A stretch of DNA of 59,849 bases from IMG/VR virus record IMGVR_UViG_3300045988_094266. One strand, written 5' to 3'. The position numbers and the translations under genes are program-made. The notes under the pieces are model-generated. The model had not been told where the DNA came from. It worked only from the letters and a program-made list of their open reading frames with translations, and searched no databases. Below, piece by piece: positions 15,928-28,825 of this stretch. Positions within the stretch are counted from its first letter, which is position 1; each line of letters starts with the position of its first letter. Source of the DNA: a virus.

Positions 15928-16001
15928 TGGCAAACAAATCTCCTATCTTATTTTTTATAATTATATTATAACATTTTTAAATAAATTAATCAAATAAGAT
16001 T

Positions 16002-16030
16002 TGACAATCTAGTTTTTTTTTGTTATTATA
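16002..16030 (+). promoter_or_regulatory. Promoter TTGACA-17-TATTAT at the head of the plus-strand module
   Basis: Read directly. An AAAGGAG RBS and the ATG at 16054 follow. Confidence 0.5.
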
Positions 16031-16053
16031 TGAGTATAAAAGGAGATGACAGT

Positions 16054-17100
16054 ATGATAAAATTAGATTATACTATTGAGTCTCCAGAAGAACGGAAGGC
16101 GCTTGTCGAAAAAATAATCGCAGAAAATCCGAACCTTAGTTCGAGTTATTTAGAAATATTAGCAGATTATTTAGTTCTATGTATGGAAAAGCAAGAGAAG
16201 AAAGAAAAGAATATATTAACAGATAATAGAATGGCTACTGTTAATAAAAGAGAATGTTCTTTCGAAGGGCTTGCGTCATAGATGGAAAATGGCGAGGATG
16301 GCATTTATGGTTTAATGTCAGAAAATAAAAATGTTATATTTTAGCCAAAGATTTCTATTACACAGAAAGATTTAGATACTATACCATGTTTAAAATAGTT
16401 GAGAGAAACCATTAATGTCTGGGAGGGCGCTTTAAAACGCGCTGCTGGGACAAAATAGGCATATATGATGAAAAAAGCATTAATAGAGATGCGAAAAGAT
16501 TAGTATATCATTAAGCAAGCATATTAGAAACCTATTATACCATGTAAATTAACGAGATCCGTAAGAACTCATATTCCTCTTGATGATTAGAGTTATCTTA
16601 ATGGACAGGAGGTAGTAGTAAAGGGTATTTCGCTAATGGACGCCAATGTTGTTTCTACTATTTTATGCAATTATTCAAAATTAAAAGAAGATAGTTATGA
16701 TTAGTTTGAGGGAGATACATGGTATTTAATTCAATCATTTGAAGAAATATGTGATAAAGCTCTCAAAGACTTTCCAATCTATTTACGAATTGTTGAACTC
16801 AAAATTGATAAAAAGTAGAATAACGAAATATAGGAAATATTAAAAAATGAGTTTGGTAAAACATATAGTGTTGAATATATTTCTAGCCTATGGAGAAATA
16901 AGATTCCTAAACTCATTGCGGAAGAGGCTTTAGAAGATTTTTTACGTTGGTAGTATAAACAAAAAGGATACCCAATGAAAAAATGTTCTAAGTGTGGGCA
17001 ATTAAAGCCAGCCCATAATCAATTCTTTTCAAAGAATAAGACAAGTAAGGATAATTTGTATAGTATCTGTAAGCGCTGTCGCAATAAGAAAAGAGGTTGA
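16054..17100 (+). CDS. Hypothetical protein with a C-terminal zinc ribbon (TAG-containing)
   Basis: Continuous frame with about 11 in-frame TAGs, ending in TGA. C-terminal CSKCG...CKRC. Confidence 0.5.
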
Positions 17101-17106
17101 TTATAA

Positions 17107-18276
17107 ATGAGCCATTATTGTAAAAAATGTGGTAAAACTATGGATGATAAATAGTTTTATACGTCAAAAAATTTAGAGAAGTATCCTCCAGATGGAAAGA
17201 TGGATATTTGTAAAAAGTGTCTTACTATGCATGTAGATAACTGGGATCCAGAAACTTATAAATGGATTTTATAGGAGATTGACGTTCCATATATTAAAGA
17301 AGAATGGAATGGTTTATTGGAGAAATATGGAAAAGATCCAAAGAAAGTTACTGGATTAACTATTATTGGACGCTATTTATCTAAAATGAAATTAAAGCAA
17401 TGGAATAAATACACTTGGGCAGATACAGAAACGCTAGAGAAAGATTCCATTGATAAAAAAGTTCTTAATATGAAGGCTCAAGGATTTACAGAAGATGAAA
17501 TTCAAGAGCAGTTGTCTATTGATAGAACTCCTCCAAAACCAAAAGAATTAGAGGATGTTTAGGCCCCTGTAGGAACTCCAGAATATGAAGATCCAGAGGA
17601 AGATGATGATTTTGGTGATTAGCTAACCGAAGAAGATAAATTAGTATTACGTCTTAAATGGGGCCGCGGATATTCTTGGGAAGAAAGAGTAAGAATGGAG
17701 CAGCTTTACAATGATATGATGAGTTCTTATGATATTCAAGGAGCGGGTCATAAAGATACTCTTATTATGGTATGTAAAGCTAGTTTAAAAGCAAATTAGT
17801 TAATTGATGCTGGAGATATTGATGGCTTTTAGAAGATGCAAAAAGCCTATGATAGTTTAATGAAAAGCGGCAAATTTACGGCTGCTTAGAACAAAGGCGA
17901 ATCCGGTGAATTTGTAGATTCAATAGGTGAATTGGTAGCCCTTTGCGAAAGAGAGGGTTTTATTCCTAGATATTATACGGAAGGGCCCCAAGATAAAGTA
18001 GATAGAACTCTTTAGGATTTACAGCAATATACTCATACTCTAGTTACAGAGGAAATGAATCTTGGTAATATGATCGAAGCTTCGTTAAGAGAAATAGTTA
18101 AAGACAGAGAACGCGAGGCAAATATTGATGTTGAAGATAGCGATGAGGATGAAGATTTATTTAATTACGAGCATCCAGAATTAACAGAAGAAGATTATCA
18201 AGAGTATGAAGATATGAAAGAGTCGGAAAGAGACAAAGATGAGGAAATGTTAAATAATATATTAAAGGAGGTTTAA
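17107..18276 (+). CDS. Hypothetical protein with an N-terminal zinc ribbon and an acidic C-terminus (TAG-containing)
   Basis: The frame is open through several TAGs. N-terminal CKKCG...CKKC. It lies upstream of terL, so it may be a small terminase or a packaging accessory protein. This is a guess. Confidence 0.45.
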
Positions 18277-18279
18277 TAT

Positions 18280-20026
18280 ATGGCATTAAAAGATTTATTA
18301 AACCTTTCAAATAATAATAAGAAAATTGGCCTTTCCGAAGAAAGAGTTCGTGCGATAATTCCAGCAGCAAGATAGTATATAGCTTTTTGGAGAGAATATC
18401 CAGATATGTTTATTGACTTTTTGTAGACCGGCGGAGACGAGACAAGAAAAAAAGAAATTAATTTTTATTTTTATTAGAGAGTTTTCTTGCGGGCGGCTAT
18501 GAGATATAAGTATGTATACATGGTATTTCCTCGTGCCTATTCTAAGTCATTCTTATCAGTAACGGTGCTTATGTGTAGATGTATATTATATCCTGGATGT
18601 AAGCTATTCATTACTTCTGGTGGAAAAGAACAGGCAGCAGGTATAGCAAAAGAAAAAGTCTAGGAAATTTGTAATGCGATTCCCGCGCTTTAGAGAGAGA
18701 TTGATTGGCGAAGAGGTAAGACTTAGGAAGGAAAAGATTATTGTAAGTATATCTTCAAAAATGGATCTTATTTTGACAACGTTGCTGCTAGAGAATCTTC
18801 TCGTGGTAAGCGTAGACATGGAGGATTAATTGAGGAGTGCGTTGGTGTAGATGGGGATATTTTAAATGAAGTTTTAATCCCTCTAATGAACGTTGATAGA
18901 AGATGTTTAGATGGATCTGTTCATGAAGAAGAAACACTCAATAAATCCTAGATTTATGTTACTACTGCGGGGTGGAAAAACACATTCCCATATAATAAGT
19001 TGATTACTTTGCTAGTGCGCATGATACTAGAACCCGAAAAGAGTATTGTAATGGGCGGAACATGGAGAATTCCTGTGCTAGTGGGATTGCAATCCCGCAA
19101 CTTTGTATAGGAGTTAAAACAAGATGGTACATTTAATGAAGCATCATTTGATAGAGAGTATGAATCTAAATGGAGTGGCACCGTAGAAGATGCCTTCTTT
19201 AATGGTGATGCTTTTGATAGAAGTAGAAAATTGCTTTAGCCTGAATATGAATCTTCCGGACGCGCTTCTGCTCAAGCATATTATGTTCTTTCTGTTGATG
19301 TAGGAAGAAAGAAATGTCAATCTGTTGTATGTGTATTTAAAGTAACCCCTCAGTCTCAAGGACCAGCGATTAAGTCTCTTGTTAATATATATACTATGGA
19401 TGATGAACATTTTGAAGATTAGGCAATTAAGCTAAAAAGATTATATTATGATTATAAAGCTAAAATTATTGTTATTGACGGTAATGGACTTGGTGCTGGA
19501 TTGATGGATTACATGGTTAAACCACAAATAGTACCAGATACTAACGAGGTTTTTCCTGATTTTGGTGTAGCCAATGACGAAGATGGAGAATATAAACGGT
19601 TTAGAACAGATAATACAGAATATGATGCTATTTATGAAATTAAGGCAAATGCGCCAATTAATACCGAAGCCCATAGCAATGTTTAGACATAGTTGCGGGC
19701 TGGAAAGTTAAGATTTTTAATCGACGAAAAAGTTGCTAGAAATAAATTACTTGGTACCAAGAAAGGTCAAGCCATGAAACCAGAAGAGCGGGCAGAATAT
19801 TTAAAACCATTCACTTTAACTTCTATATTAAGAGAAGAAATGCTAAATTTGCGAGAAGAAAATGAGGGTGTAAATATTATTTTAAAACAGGCAAATAAGT
19901 CTGTGCCCAAAGATAAATTCTCTGCGCTTGAATATGGATTATATTATATTAAATAGGAAGAAGATAGTAAACGCAAGCGTAAAAGTAGAAGATTTTCAGA
20001 TTTTATGTTTATGAGTGAGGTGTAAG
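18280..20026 (+). CDS. terL: Terminase large subunit (TAG-containing)
   Basis: About 580 codons with an AAAGGAGG RBS, sitting immediately before the portal-sized gene. It has ATPase-like N-terminal and nuclease-like C-terminal regions (VIDGNGLG). The assignment rests on architecture and position. Confidence 0.55.
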
Positions 20027-20028
20027 AT

Positions 20029-20385
20029 ATGAAGGCCAGTCGTGGAGAAATTAAAATTCATGAGATATTAGAGCAAAATGGCATGAACTTTAAAGAAGAG
20101 TATGAGTTTCCTGGACTGAAAGCACCAAGTGGCAGGCCACTTCGTTTTGATTTTGCTGTTTTTGATGATGATGGAAATCTTGATTTTTTAATTGAGTATC
20201 AGGGTAAATAGCATTATTAGGCTGTTAGTAAATTTGGTGGAAATAGAGGATTATACCAATAGAAATATAATGATAATCAAAAGCGTAGATTTTGTGCATT
20301 AAAAGGTATTACCCTCATTGAAGTTCCCTATACGGAGGAAAATATCATCTCTTATGATTATTTAATGAGTAAAGCTGGATATTAA
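20029..20385 (+). CDS. Possible PD-(D/E)xK nuclease-like protein
   Basis: RFDFAVFDDDGNLDFLIEYQGK followed by TAG then HY. It sits immediately after terL, a common position for homing endonucleases. Confidence 0.35.
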
Positions 20386-20402
20386 CACCTGGAGGTGATA
20401 TT

Positions 20403-22028
20403 TTGTTAAAACGTCGATAGGAAGAAATAAGAGCTAAAGGTTTTGATCTACTAGATCGAGGTATTATTACTCGTTATCAATAGGAAGAAGATTTTTTGAA
20501 CTATGATACTGTTGATTATGCAAAAATGCGAGTTGGATTACGGTCTGTGGATGATGCGCTTATTAATCTAGGCACATATAAAAAGATAAATAGAAATTAT
20601 GGAGATAAAAAGTTTGTATTAAATGCTATTTATAAGCATGATTACAAGACTTTAAGAGAGATTTCTAATTACTTTTATGAAAGTAGCGGTATTTATTATA
20701 GATTATGTAAATATTTAGCCTTCTTATATAGATTTGATTGGTATATTACTCCATACACAGTAGACGCGTAGAAAGATAAAGATAAGCTATTGAAAGATTT
20801 TTCAAAGGTCTTGCTTTACCTTGATAAATCTAGTGTGAAGAGAATGCTTGGAAATATATCATTAGATATTATTAAAGAAGGAGCTTATTATGGTGTAATT
20901 GTTGATTTTGGAGATAGATTTGCAATTTAGAAATTACCAGCTTCATATTGCAGAAGTAGATATTTCTAGGGCCCTAATCCAATAGTAGAATTAAATCTTT
21001 AGTTTTTTGACACTTATTTTGCCAATCCGCAGTATAAAATCTAGATATTAAAGATTTTTCCACAGGACATTCAAAAGGCATATATTCTTTATAAACAGGG
21101 AAAATTAAAAGGGGATTATCCAGGTGATACTACTGTATGGTATCCACTAGATCCTAGTATTTCTGTAAAGTTTAGTCTAAATGATAATGAATTTCCTTTT
21201 CTAGCTGGGGTTATTCCTTCTATTATTGATTTGGATCAAGCGCAAGAATTAGATCGTCAAAAGACAATGCAACAATTATTAAAAATTATTATTTAGAAGT
21301 TGCCTCTTGATAAAAATGGAGATTTGATTTTTGATGTTGATGAAGCAAGGGATATTCATAATAATGCTGTAACTATGTTAAAACGAGCTATTGGTGTAGA
21401 TGTATTAACAACTTTTGCAGATATTGAAAAAATTGATACAAAAGATAATAATTCTAATACAACGACAGACGATTTGGAAAAAGTTGAACGTACAGTTTAT
21501 AATAACTCAGGTGTAACTCATAATTTGTTTAATGCAGATGGCAATATTGCAGTTACAAATTCTATTTTGACAGATGAATCTAGCGTAAGAGATATTCCTC
21601 TCATGTTTACAGATTTATTAAATCGAGTAGTAGAGAAATTTAATCGCAAAAATCATTATGAGTTTAGAGCGGAAATGTTAGAAACTACTTAGTTTAATTA
21701 TAAAGAGTTATCTAAATTATATAAAGAGCACGCTCAACTGGGTTATTCTAAGATGTTGCCACAGATTGCTTTAGGTCATTCTCAATCGAGTATATTAGCT
21801 ACATTAACATTTGAGAACGAAGTATTGAATTTAGCAGAAATTATGATTCCGCCTATGAGTTCTAATACCAGAAGCGGAAAAGATTTGGGTAATAATAATT
21901 AGTCATCTAAAACTAATTCTTAGAATAAGTAGACAAGTTCAACTAATACTAATGGAGCCGGCAGGCCCAAAAAAGAAGATGGCGAAAAGTCAGATAAGAC
22001 AATAGCTAATCAAGAAAGTTCGTCATAA
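20403..22028 (+). CDS. Putative portal protein (TAG-containing)
   Basis: About 540 codons directly downstream of terL, with a GGAGG-TTG start. The call is based on position, not on recognised motifs. Confidence 0.4.
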
Positions 22029-22042
22029 AGGAGGGATTGAAC

Positions 22043-23302
22043 TTGCATATTAGTGTTCCCATTTTAAATACGATGGAATATATTTAGAACACTTAGATTT
22101 CTCCTCTAGTTAGTAAAGGTGTCTGCAAAGTTTGCTACGTTGGGTAGCAACCTAACCGCAACCATACTGTAATTACCAAAGAAGTGGCCGCGGAAATGGG
22201 ACGTAAACTACCAGGAAGTCCTATTGTTGGATATTTTAATCATGAAATAAATGATTTTGAAGGCCACAACAGAGAAATTATTGTTCGAGATGGTAAGTTT
22301 GCTATTGTTGATACCACAAGACCATATGGATTTGTTCCTACAAATGCAAATGTATGGTTTTAGAAGTTCAATGATGAAGGCGTAGAAAGAGAATATCTTG
22401 TGACAGATGTATACATTTGGACTAGCATTTATCCAGAATCTAAAAGAATCCTGGAGAATAGCAATAACCATTCTATGGAATTGAATGAAGAAAATCAATC
22501 AGGATTTTGGACAAAAGATGATAAAACAAATGAAAGAATCTTTATCTACAATGAGGCATTGATTGAGAAATTATGTGTTCTCGGAGAAAATGTTGAGCCT
22601 TGTTTCGAGGGAGCTCAATTTAGTTCTCAATTTTCTTTAGAGAATAATCAAGAGTTTTAGAAACTTAAAACTATGATGTATTCTATGATGGATCAATTAA
22701 AAGAAACTTTAAATAAAGGAGGCTCTCAAGAACCTATGGAGAATGAGAAGAAAGTACCTACTGATTTCGAGAAAAATACTCCAAATCCCGAAGAGGGTAA
22801 GAAGAAAAAGACTTCTGAAAATCCTGCTCCAGCCCCAGAGGGAGAAAAAGAAAAGAAAAAGGATACTCCTCAAGGTAAGAAGTATAATCTTGAAGAAGTA
22901 ACAGAATATACAGAGTTACTTACAAAGTTTACCGATTTAGAGACTAAATATTCTGCTCTTGAGCAAGAAAAAACTAATCTAGATAATGAAGTTACAGCAC
23001 TAAGAGAATTTAAACTTAATGCTGAACGTCAAAGTAAACAACAAATGATTGATAGTTTCTATATGTTAAGTGATGAGGATAAGAAAGATGTCGCTGAGCA
23101 TATTGATACTTATTCTTTAGATGATATTGAAGCTAAATTATCTATTCTTTGTGTTAGAAATAAAGTAAATTTCAATCTTGAAGAAAAGCATAAAGAAGAA
23201 GATAATACCCCAAAGGGACTTTTTAATTTAAATAATCCAGAAACTGACAACGTTCCTGATTGGGTAAAAGCAATTCGTGAAACTGCTAAAAGCAGTATTT
23301 AA
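22043..23302 (+). CDS. Putative scaffolding protein (C-terminal coiled coil), possibly fused to an N-terminal protease-like domain
   Basis: AGGAGG-TTG start. The frame is continuous across TAG 22658-60. The C-terminal half is a K/E-rich coiled coil. Confidence 0.4.
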
Positions 23303-23315
23303 GGAGGATTAAAGA

Positions 23316-24005
23316 ATGGCTAAGAGTTCTAAAAGATTAGGTAATGCCACTTTTGTCCAGTATGGATATGGTCAAGTGGAGCCAAACCATCTTTCCGCTC
23401 CAAGAAATGGTCAAGTATATGCTCAGCTTCCCGCAGCTAGCGCTATTGAGATTCTTGAGAACGGTCAATTTGTAAAGTATGATTATGCAAAAGGCGTATG
23501 CGATTTTAGTACGGAAGCTACTTCTGGCGCCTGGATGATGGTATTTAATGAAGTAAAGATTTATAGAGATCGCGAAACTGATGCTGATTTTGCTATGATT
23601 AAGGATAATTATAATGCTCGTGTATATAGTCCAATTGGACAAACAGTTTCTACACTTGCTACAATAAGTGATTATACCGGAGAAGCTGTACGCGAAGGTA
23701 GTGATGTAGCATATAAGAAAAATATGGAGACATTTACTTATCCTGCATTGATGCCAGAAGGAACTAAAATGGTACCTCGCGTAATTAAGATTAGTATTGG
23801 TGATATTTGGACTACTAATACCATTAAGGCTAATGCCGGAGAGCTTGCAGTAGGCGATCGTCTAAAGATTGATACTGATGGATATTTAACTAAAGATACT
23901 GAAACTTCTGCTAAAGGTGGAGATTTAGATCCTATCTTTGCAGTAGTAAAAGTGTATACTATGCCAGATCTTCAACCTGGTGTAAAAGTACAGCGTGTAG
24001 GTTAA
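23316..24005 (+). CDS. Abundant head protein (scaffold or decoration candidate)
   Basis: TAG-free, with a strong AAGGAGG RBS, sitting directly upstream of the major capsid gene. Confidence 0.45.
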   Translation: MAKSSKRLGNATFVQYGYGQVEPNHLSAPRNGQVYAQLPAASAIEILENGQFVKYDYAKGVCDFSTEATSGAWMMVFNEVKIYRDRETDADFAMIKDNYNARVYSPIGQTVSTLATISDYTGEAVREGSDVAYKKNMETFTYPALMPEGTKMVPRVIKISIGDIWTTNTIKANAGELAVGDRLKIDTDGYLTKDTETSAKGGDLDPIFAVVKVYTMPDLQPGVKVQRVG

Positions 24006-24024
24006 TTGGAAGGAGTGAAGAAGA

Positions 24025-25077
24025 ATGTTAGATAAAGCTAATTTACTTAGTTTAATGAAAACTGTCGCTAATGCAAATCCTTCTGGTACCTATAGCTATC
24101 AAGGAGAGTCTTTTAGCTATGACGCTTTAAATACTACTTTGCGTAATGAGCTAAATGAATTTGTTGGCACAGATGAACTTTATAGAGAAAATAAAAATAC
24201 TCTATTCTCTTTAATTGAGCAGACTATGGACGAAGTTGTTCCTAATCGTTTACTCAATTCTTATGGCAATTTTGCTGAGATTAGAACTTTCGCACAAGGC
24301 GACAAGCCTGTATTTACTCGTAGAACTGGACTTACTCGCGCTAAGCAATTCATTACTCGTGTGGGGCTTGCTGGTGTGTATGAGACCTTTAAGCTTGGTT
24401 CTGAGAGCTTCGAAGTTGGAACAAGCGCCATTGGTGGAGCTGCTCGTATCGGATTTGAGGAGTTCCTTGATGGAAGAGTAAACTTTGCAGAACTTACTCA
24501 AATTGTAACAGAGGGTATGCAAGAGCTTATTTATAGAGAGATTGCTCAAGCTCTTATGGGTTCTATCAATCAGCTTCCCGCAGCAAACCGTTGTGCTGTT
24601 GCTGGTTTTGACGAACCAACTATGGATTATCTTGTAAATACTGCTACTGCTTATGGTCAGCCAACTATTTATTGCACTCGTGAGTTTGCAGTAAAAATGA
24701 TTCCAGATAATGATGCTTGGATTTCTGACAACATGAGAGATCAGTATTGGGGAACTGGTTATCTTGCAAATTACAAGGGAACTAGAGTGGTAATTCTACC
24801 CCAAACTCTTGAGGATGAGACTAACTCCAAAAAGATGATCGATCCAGGTTATGCTTGGATTATTCCTGGTGGAGCTGAGAGCCGTCCTGTAAAAGTTGCT
24901 TTTGAGGGTACTACCCACGTGCGCGAACGCGATGATAATGACGACTGGTCTCGTGATATTCAGGTTTACCGTAAGGTTGGTGTCGGTGTAATGATGGCGA
25001 ATAACATCTTCTCTTATGTTGATACTGAACTTCAAGGCGAGCTTGATAATACTAACCCAAATCCAAATAATGGTTAA
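24025..25077 (+). CDS. Major capsid protein (HK97 fold, SPP1 gp13-like)
   Basis: 350 codons, TAG-free, with a strong RBS. RVVILPQTLEDETNSKKMIDPGYAWIIPGGAESRP resembles the SPP1 gp13 family. Confidence 0.65.
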   Translation: MLDKANLLSLMKTVANANPSGTYSYQGESFSYDALNTTLRNELNEFVGTDELYRENKNTLFSLIEQTMDEVVPNRLLNSYGNFAEIRTFAQGDKPVFTRRTGLTRAKQFITRVGLAGVYETFKLGSESFEVGTSAIGGAARIGFEEFLDGRVNFAELTQIVTEGMQELIYREIAQALMGSINQLPAANRCAVAGFDEPTMDYLVNTATAYGQPTIYCTREFAVKMIPDNDAWISDNMRDQYWGTGYLANYKGTRVVILPQTLEDETNSKKMIDPGYAWIIPGGAESRPVKVAFEGTTHVRERDDNDDWSRDIQVYRKVGVGVMMANNIFSYVDTELQGELDNTNPNPNNG

Positions 25078-25083
25078 TTGACA

Positions 25084-25121
25084 GGGGATAGGGAAATATC
25101 CCTATCCCCTTTTATTTATTG
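25084..25121 (+). terminator. Intrinsic terminator after the capsid gene
   Basis: GGGGATAGGGA-aatat-TCCCTATCCCC followed by TTTTATTT. Confidence 0.65.
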
Positions 25122-25141
25122 AGAAAAAGGAGATAAAAATT

Positions 25142-25675
25142 ATGAAAAATAGTTGCACTGTTTATAATAAGAGCGCAGGTCGTGTTGTATATAGATTGCC
25201 TGAATTGGGCGTGCGCCGTATGTTTTATCCTGGAGAACACAAGGAACTTGAAGTATCTGAACTAGAAAAGCTAGTACAAACGCCTGGAGGCCGCAAATTA
25301 ATTTATAATTACTTACTTGTAGATGATAGAGAGATTGTTGAATATCTTATTAATGGTAGGGTTGAACCAGAGTATTGGATGAAAGAAGAAGAGATTGATT
25401 CTTGGATGAATACGTGTTCTTTAGATGAATTTAAGGATGCTCTTGATTTTGCTCCAGAAGGCACTAAAGATCTGATTAAATCCCATGCTATTTCTCTTCC
25501 TTTAAATGATATGTCTAAAAGAGATGCTTTGGAAAAACAATTAGGATTTAATGTTACTAAAGCATTAGAATTAACAGCAGATGATAAAAAGAATCCTAAG
25601 GAAGAGAAACCTGTAAGAAGAGTGTCAACTACAAGTGAGGATACTCCAAAACGCAGAGTAGCTATTTCTGATTGA
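25142..25675 (+). CDS. Hypothetical head-associated protein
   Basis: 177-codon TAG-free ORF. Confidence 0.5.
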   Translation: MKNSCTVYNKSAGRVVYRLPELGVRRMFYPGEHKELEVSELEKLVQTPGGRKLIYNYLLVDDREIVEYLINGRVEPEYWMKEEEIDSWMNTCSLDEFKDALDFAPEGTKDLIKSHAISLPLNDMSKRDALEKQLGFNVTKALELTADDKKNPKEEKPVRRVSTTSEDTPKRRVAISD

Positions 25676-25694
25676 TATAAGGGAGGTTATAGCC

Positions 25695-26237
25695 ATGGAT
25701 AATAAGAAATATCCAATTTAGGGCGATCCGACCCCCTTTGAAGAAATTTATGATAGATTTTTTGGCAAGATTACTGATGATATGTATATGGAATGGACAT
25801 AGGAAGATACTGAAAAAGATTTGTATAACATCCTAATGGATGCACTTCCTGGTTTTGAGTTCCCTCGTTTTCCATTATACAGTTTTACCAATATAGAAAA
25901 TAATGATGAAGAGACTGGAATAGCAACTATTATTCCAGCCTTTTCTGCACATTTAACGACAGAAGAAATAAATATTCTTGCTATTCTAATGTATAATACT
26001 TGGTTACAACGCCAGGTGGCTTCAATAGAATAGACGAGAATGAAATATTCTGGAACAGATTTTAAAATGACTTCCTAGGCCAATCATTTAGCCAAATTAA
26101 TAGAGTTGAAAAAGGAAGCAGAACGTCAAAGTCATCATATGCAGCGTCTCTATAAAAGAAGAAAACTAATTGATAATCAAGGCTCTTATAAATCAAACTG
26201 GTCAACATTAAGAGAGATGAGTGTTTTTGATGGATAA
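25695..26237 (+). CDS. Hypothetical protein (head-tail connector region, TAG-containing)
   Basis: GGGAGG RBS. The frame is open through 4 TAGs. Confidence 0.4.
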
Positions 26238-26538
26238 ATATGATATTAATTTCCCATTAGAAACAAAAGAGTAGGATTTAAAGAGATTGATTAATTAGTT
26301 ATGGAAGTTAATTCCAATGAGAGAGAATAATGAAGACTGGGTAAATCATTTGAATGTAATAACAGAAGAAATTAGTGGATTAGTTAAAATGTATAAAGAT
26401 AGAGTTGAGGGACTTATTTTATTGTCTAAACTGGAAGGGTTATCTTCAAATGTCTGCAATGATTTTATGATTTATCGAAAAACAGTCTTTAGATGTATTG
26501 ATTTGTTGGCGTAGGTGATTAGAGATGACGAATCTTGA
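26230..26538 (+). CDS. Hypothetical protein (TAG-containing)
   Basis: Its start overlaps the previous stop (ATGGATAA). Confidence 0.35.
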
Positions 26539-27517
26539 ATTAATGCGAAAAAGATTTGAATGGTAGGGTGGTATTCACTAGGAAGATAGAATGATCAAAG
26601 ATAAATGGAGAACTCTTTAGAAAGCATTATTATATTCTTATCAAGCCTGTACTGTTCAATTAGTCTAGAAGTCAACCTAGGTTTTAGATGCAACGTTAGA
26701 TGCTATTGATCCAGATATGAATATTTATCCTATGTGTCGTGCGCTTATTAATCCAGATAAAGTGAAACAGGACTATGATGATAAGATAATCTCCATAGAT
26801 CATATTAATCAATATGAGCCTGGAGATGTCTTTGAGTGGAAAAAAACTGGCACTCATTGGATAATTTATCTTGAAGAAATAACTGAGGACGCTTATTTTA
26901 GAGGGGAAATAAGACGTTGTAGATATAGAATTAAGTTTAAAGATTAGGAAGGGAATTGGTGTTAGACTTGGGCTGCGATTCGAGGTCCAGTTGAAACCCA
27001 AATCGAGTCTATTTAGAAGAATCAAGAAAGATTGGATAAACCTAATCTTAGCTTAAACATACTTATGCCAAGAAATGAAAAAACTATTCATGCTTTTGAT
27101 AGATATAGTGAATTTTTGTTTGCTGGAAGATGTTGGAAAGTTTAGGCTCCAGATGATATAAGTATGAAGAATGTAATTGAAGTGAGTGCAGAAGAAGATT
27201 ATATAAATAGAGATACTGATGATATAGAAAATAGTATGAAAGATGGTTTAATATTCGAACCAGAAGATCCTACTCCAAATAGCGGGATTATGGGAGAGAC
27301 TTTTATTAAACCAATGATAGAAGAATCTTATTCTGTAGAAGAAGCTAATGGAGCTTGGTCAATATTAGAAAAGAATGTTCCTGTAACTTTATGTCCAAAT
27401 GGAAATAAATCTGTTTAGTTGGTGTGGAATAAAACTACTCATGGTCAATTCACTCTAGTATGGAAGAAGGATAATACTGTACTGGAAAAAGTTATTGTAG
27501 TAGAATCTTTATTTTAA
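26525..27517 (+). CDS. Hypothetical structural protein (TAG-containing)
   Basis: The frame is continuous through about 10 TAGs. Track ORFs 26717..26947 and 27164..27418 are in the same frame. Confidence 0.4.
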
Positions 27518-27532
27518 GGAGAGTGAATTGAA

Positions 27533-28069
27533 ATGAAAAAAAATACTTATGAGTATCCTAAATCTAGTTTGTTAGGTATGTAGAAAGATGCTTCTCTGAT
27601 TATGGAAAGAATACTTTCTAATTAGAATGTTTTGAAATTATTAACTTATAATACTAGAGATTGGAAAAGTAAACCGACCGTTACAGGAGATATGATAAAG
27701 GAAATGATTGATACTAAGTAGATTTCTGCTGTTCCTAAGATAAAGGTTGATAGACCAGAAAAATCTTATTTAAGATTGATTTATGGCACTATGGTTAGAA
27801 ATTCTACAAATCCTGAATATAGAGATAATACATTTGGTATTGATATTATTTGTCATTATGATAATTGGGATTTGGGAGATTATGATTTACGACCTTATCG
27901 AATTGCGGGAGAGATAGATTCAATGCTTGATGGAACTCATTTAACGGGTATAGGAGAGCTAGAATTTGTATCAGCTACGCCATATATATATGATGAAGAA
28001 TTTGCTGGTTTGTCTCTAACATATCTTGCTATTCGCGGAAATGAAGATAAGGTAAATCCGCTTGCTTGA
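27533..28069 (+). CDS. Hypothetical neck/tail-completion protein (TAG-containing)
   Basis: AAGGAG RBS. Contains 3 TAGs. Confidence 0.4.
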
Positions 28070-28085
28070 TTATAGATTAGCTTTA

Positions 28086-28811
28086 ATGGCCGGAATTGAT
28101 ATTCCCATTCCTGAATTACAACTTACTATTCACGTTCCCGTCATTAAAGAGATAGCTCTTATGGGAGAGACAAAATTTTTTATGGCAGTTCAATATTTAT
28201 GTTTAGATAAAGAATCATTAATATAGGACGAAACTCTTTTATCATCATTAACTAATTTTCAAGTATTGATGAAGGTGTTAGAATAGTCACAGGATAAAGA
28301 TAAAAAAAATGCTGTTATTATGCTACTTACATTATTATTTCCTGATTATATACCAGTAATAACTAGAAATTCAATAATTTTAACTAAGCAAGGAGAAAAT
28401 TAGCCTTTGTTAATAGATGATAATAACTTTGATATTTTTCAAAGCGTACTAAAAGAGATTTTGTGTGTAAACAGTCTATTTTAGGGAAATAATGTTATCT
28501 ATAATCCAGCTAATGACCGAGCTAAAGAAATTGCTGAAAAGTTAATGCGCGGTAGACGAAAAGTAGCAGAAATCAAAAGCAAAGGAAATAATGAGAGTGT
28601 TCTAACACGCTATATATCTATCTTGACAATCGGATCTAATACAATGAGTTTAGAGGATTGCTTAAATCTAAATATGTTTTAGATATTTGATTTGATGGAA
28701 AGATATAATGCGTTTATTGAATGGGATGTTGACTTGCGGGTTCGTCTTGCGGGCGGCAAACCAGATAAACCAGTTGAATCATGGATGCGAGATATACATC
28801 CTAAAAATTAA
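28086..28811 (+). CDS. Hypothetical protein (TAG-containing)
   Basis: The frame is open through 5 TAGs. Confidence 0.35.
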
Positions 28812-28825
28812 GGAGGAATTAGCTC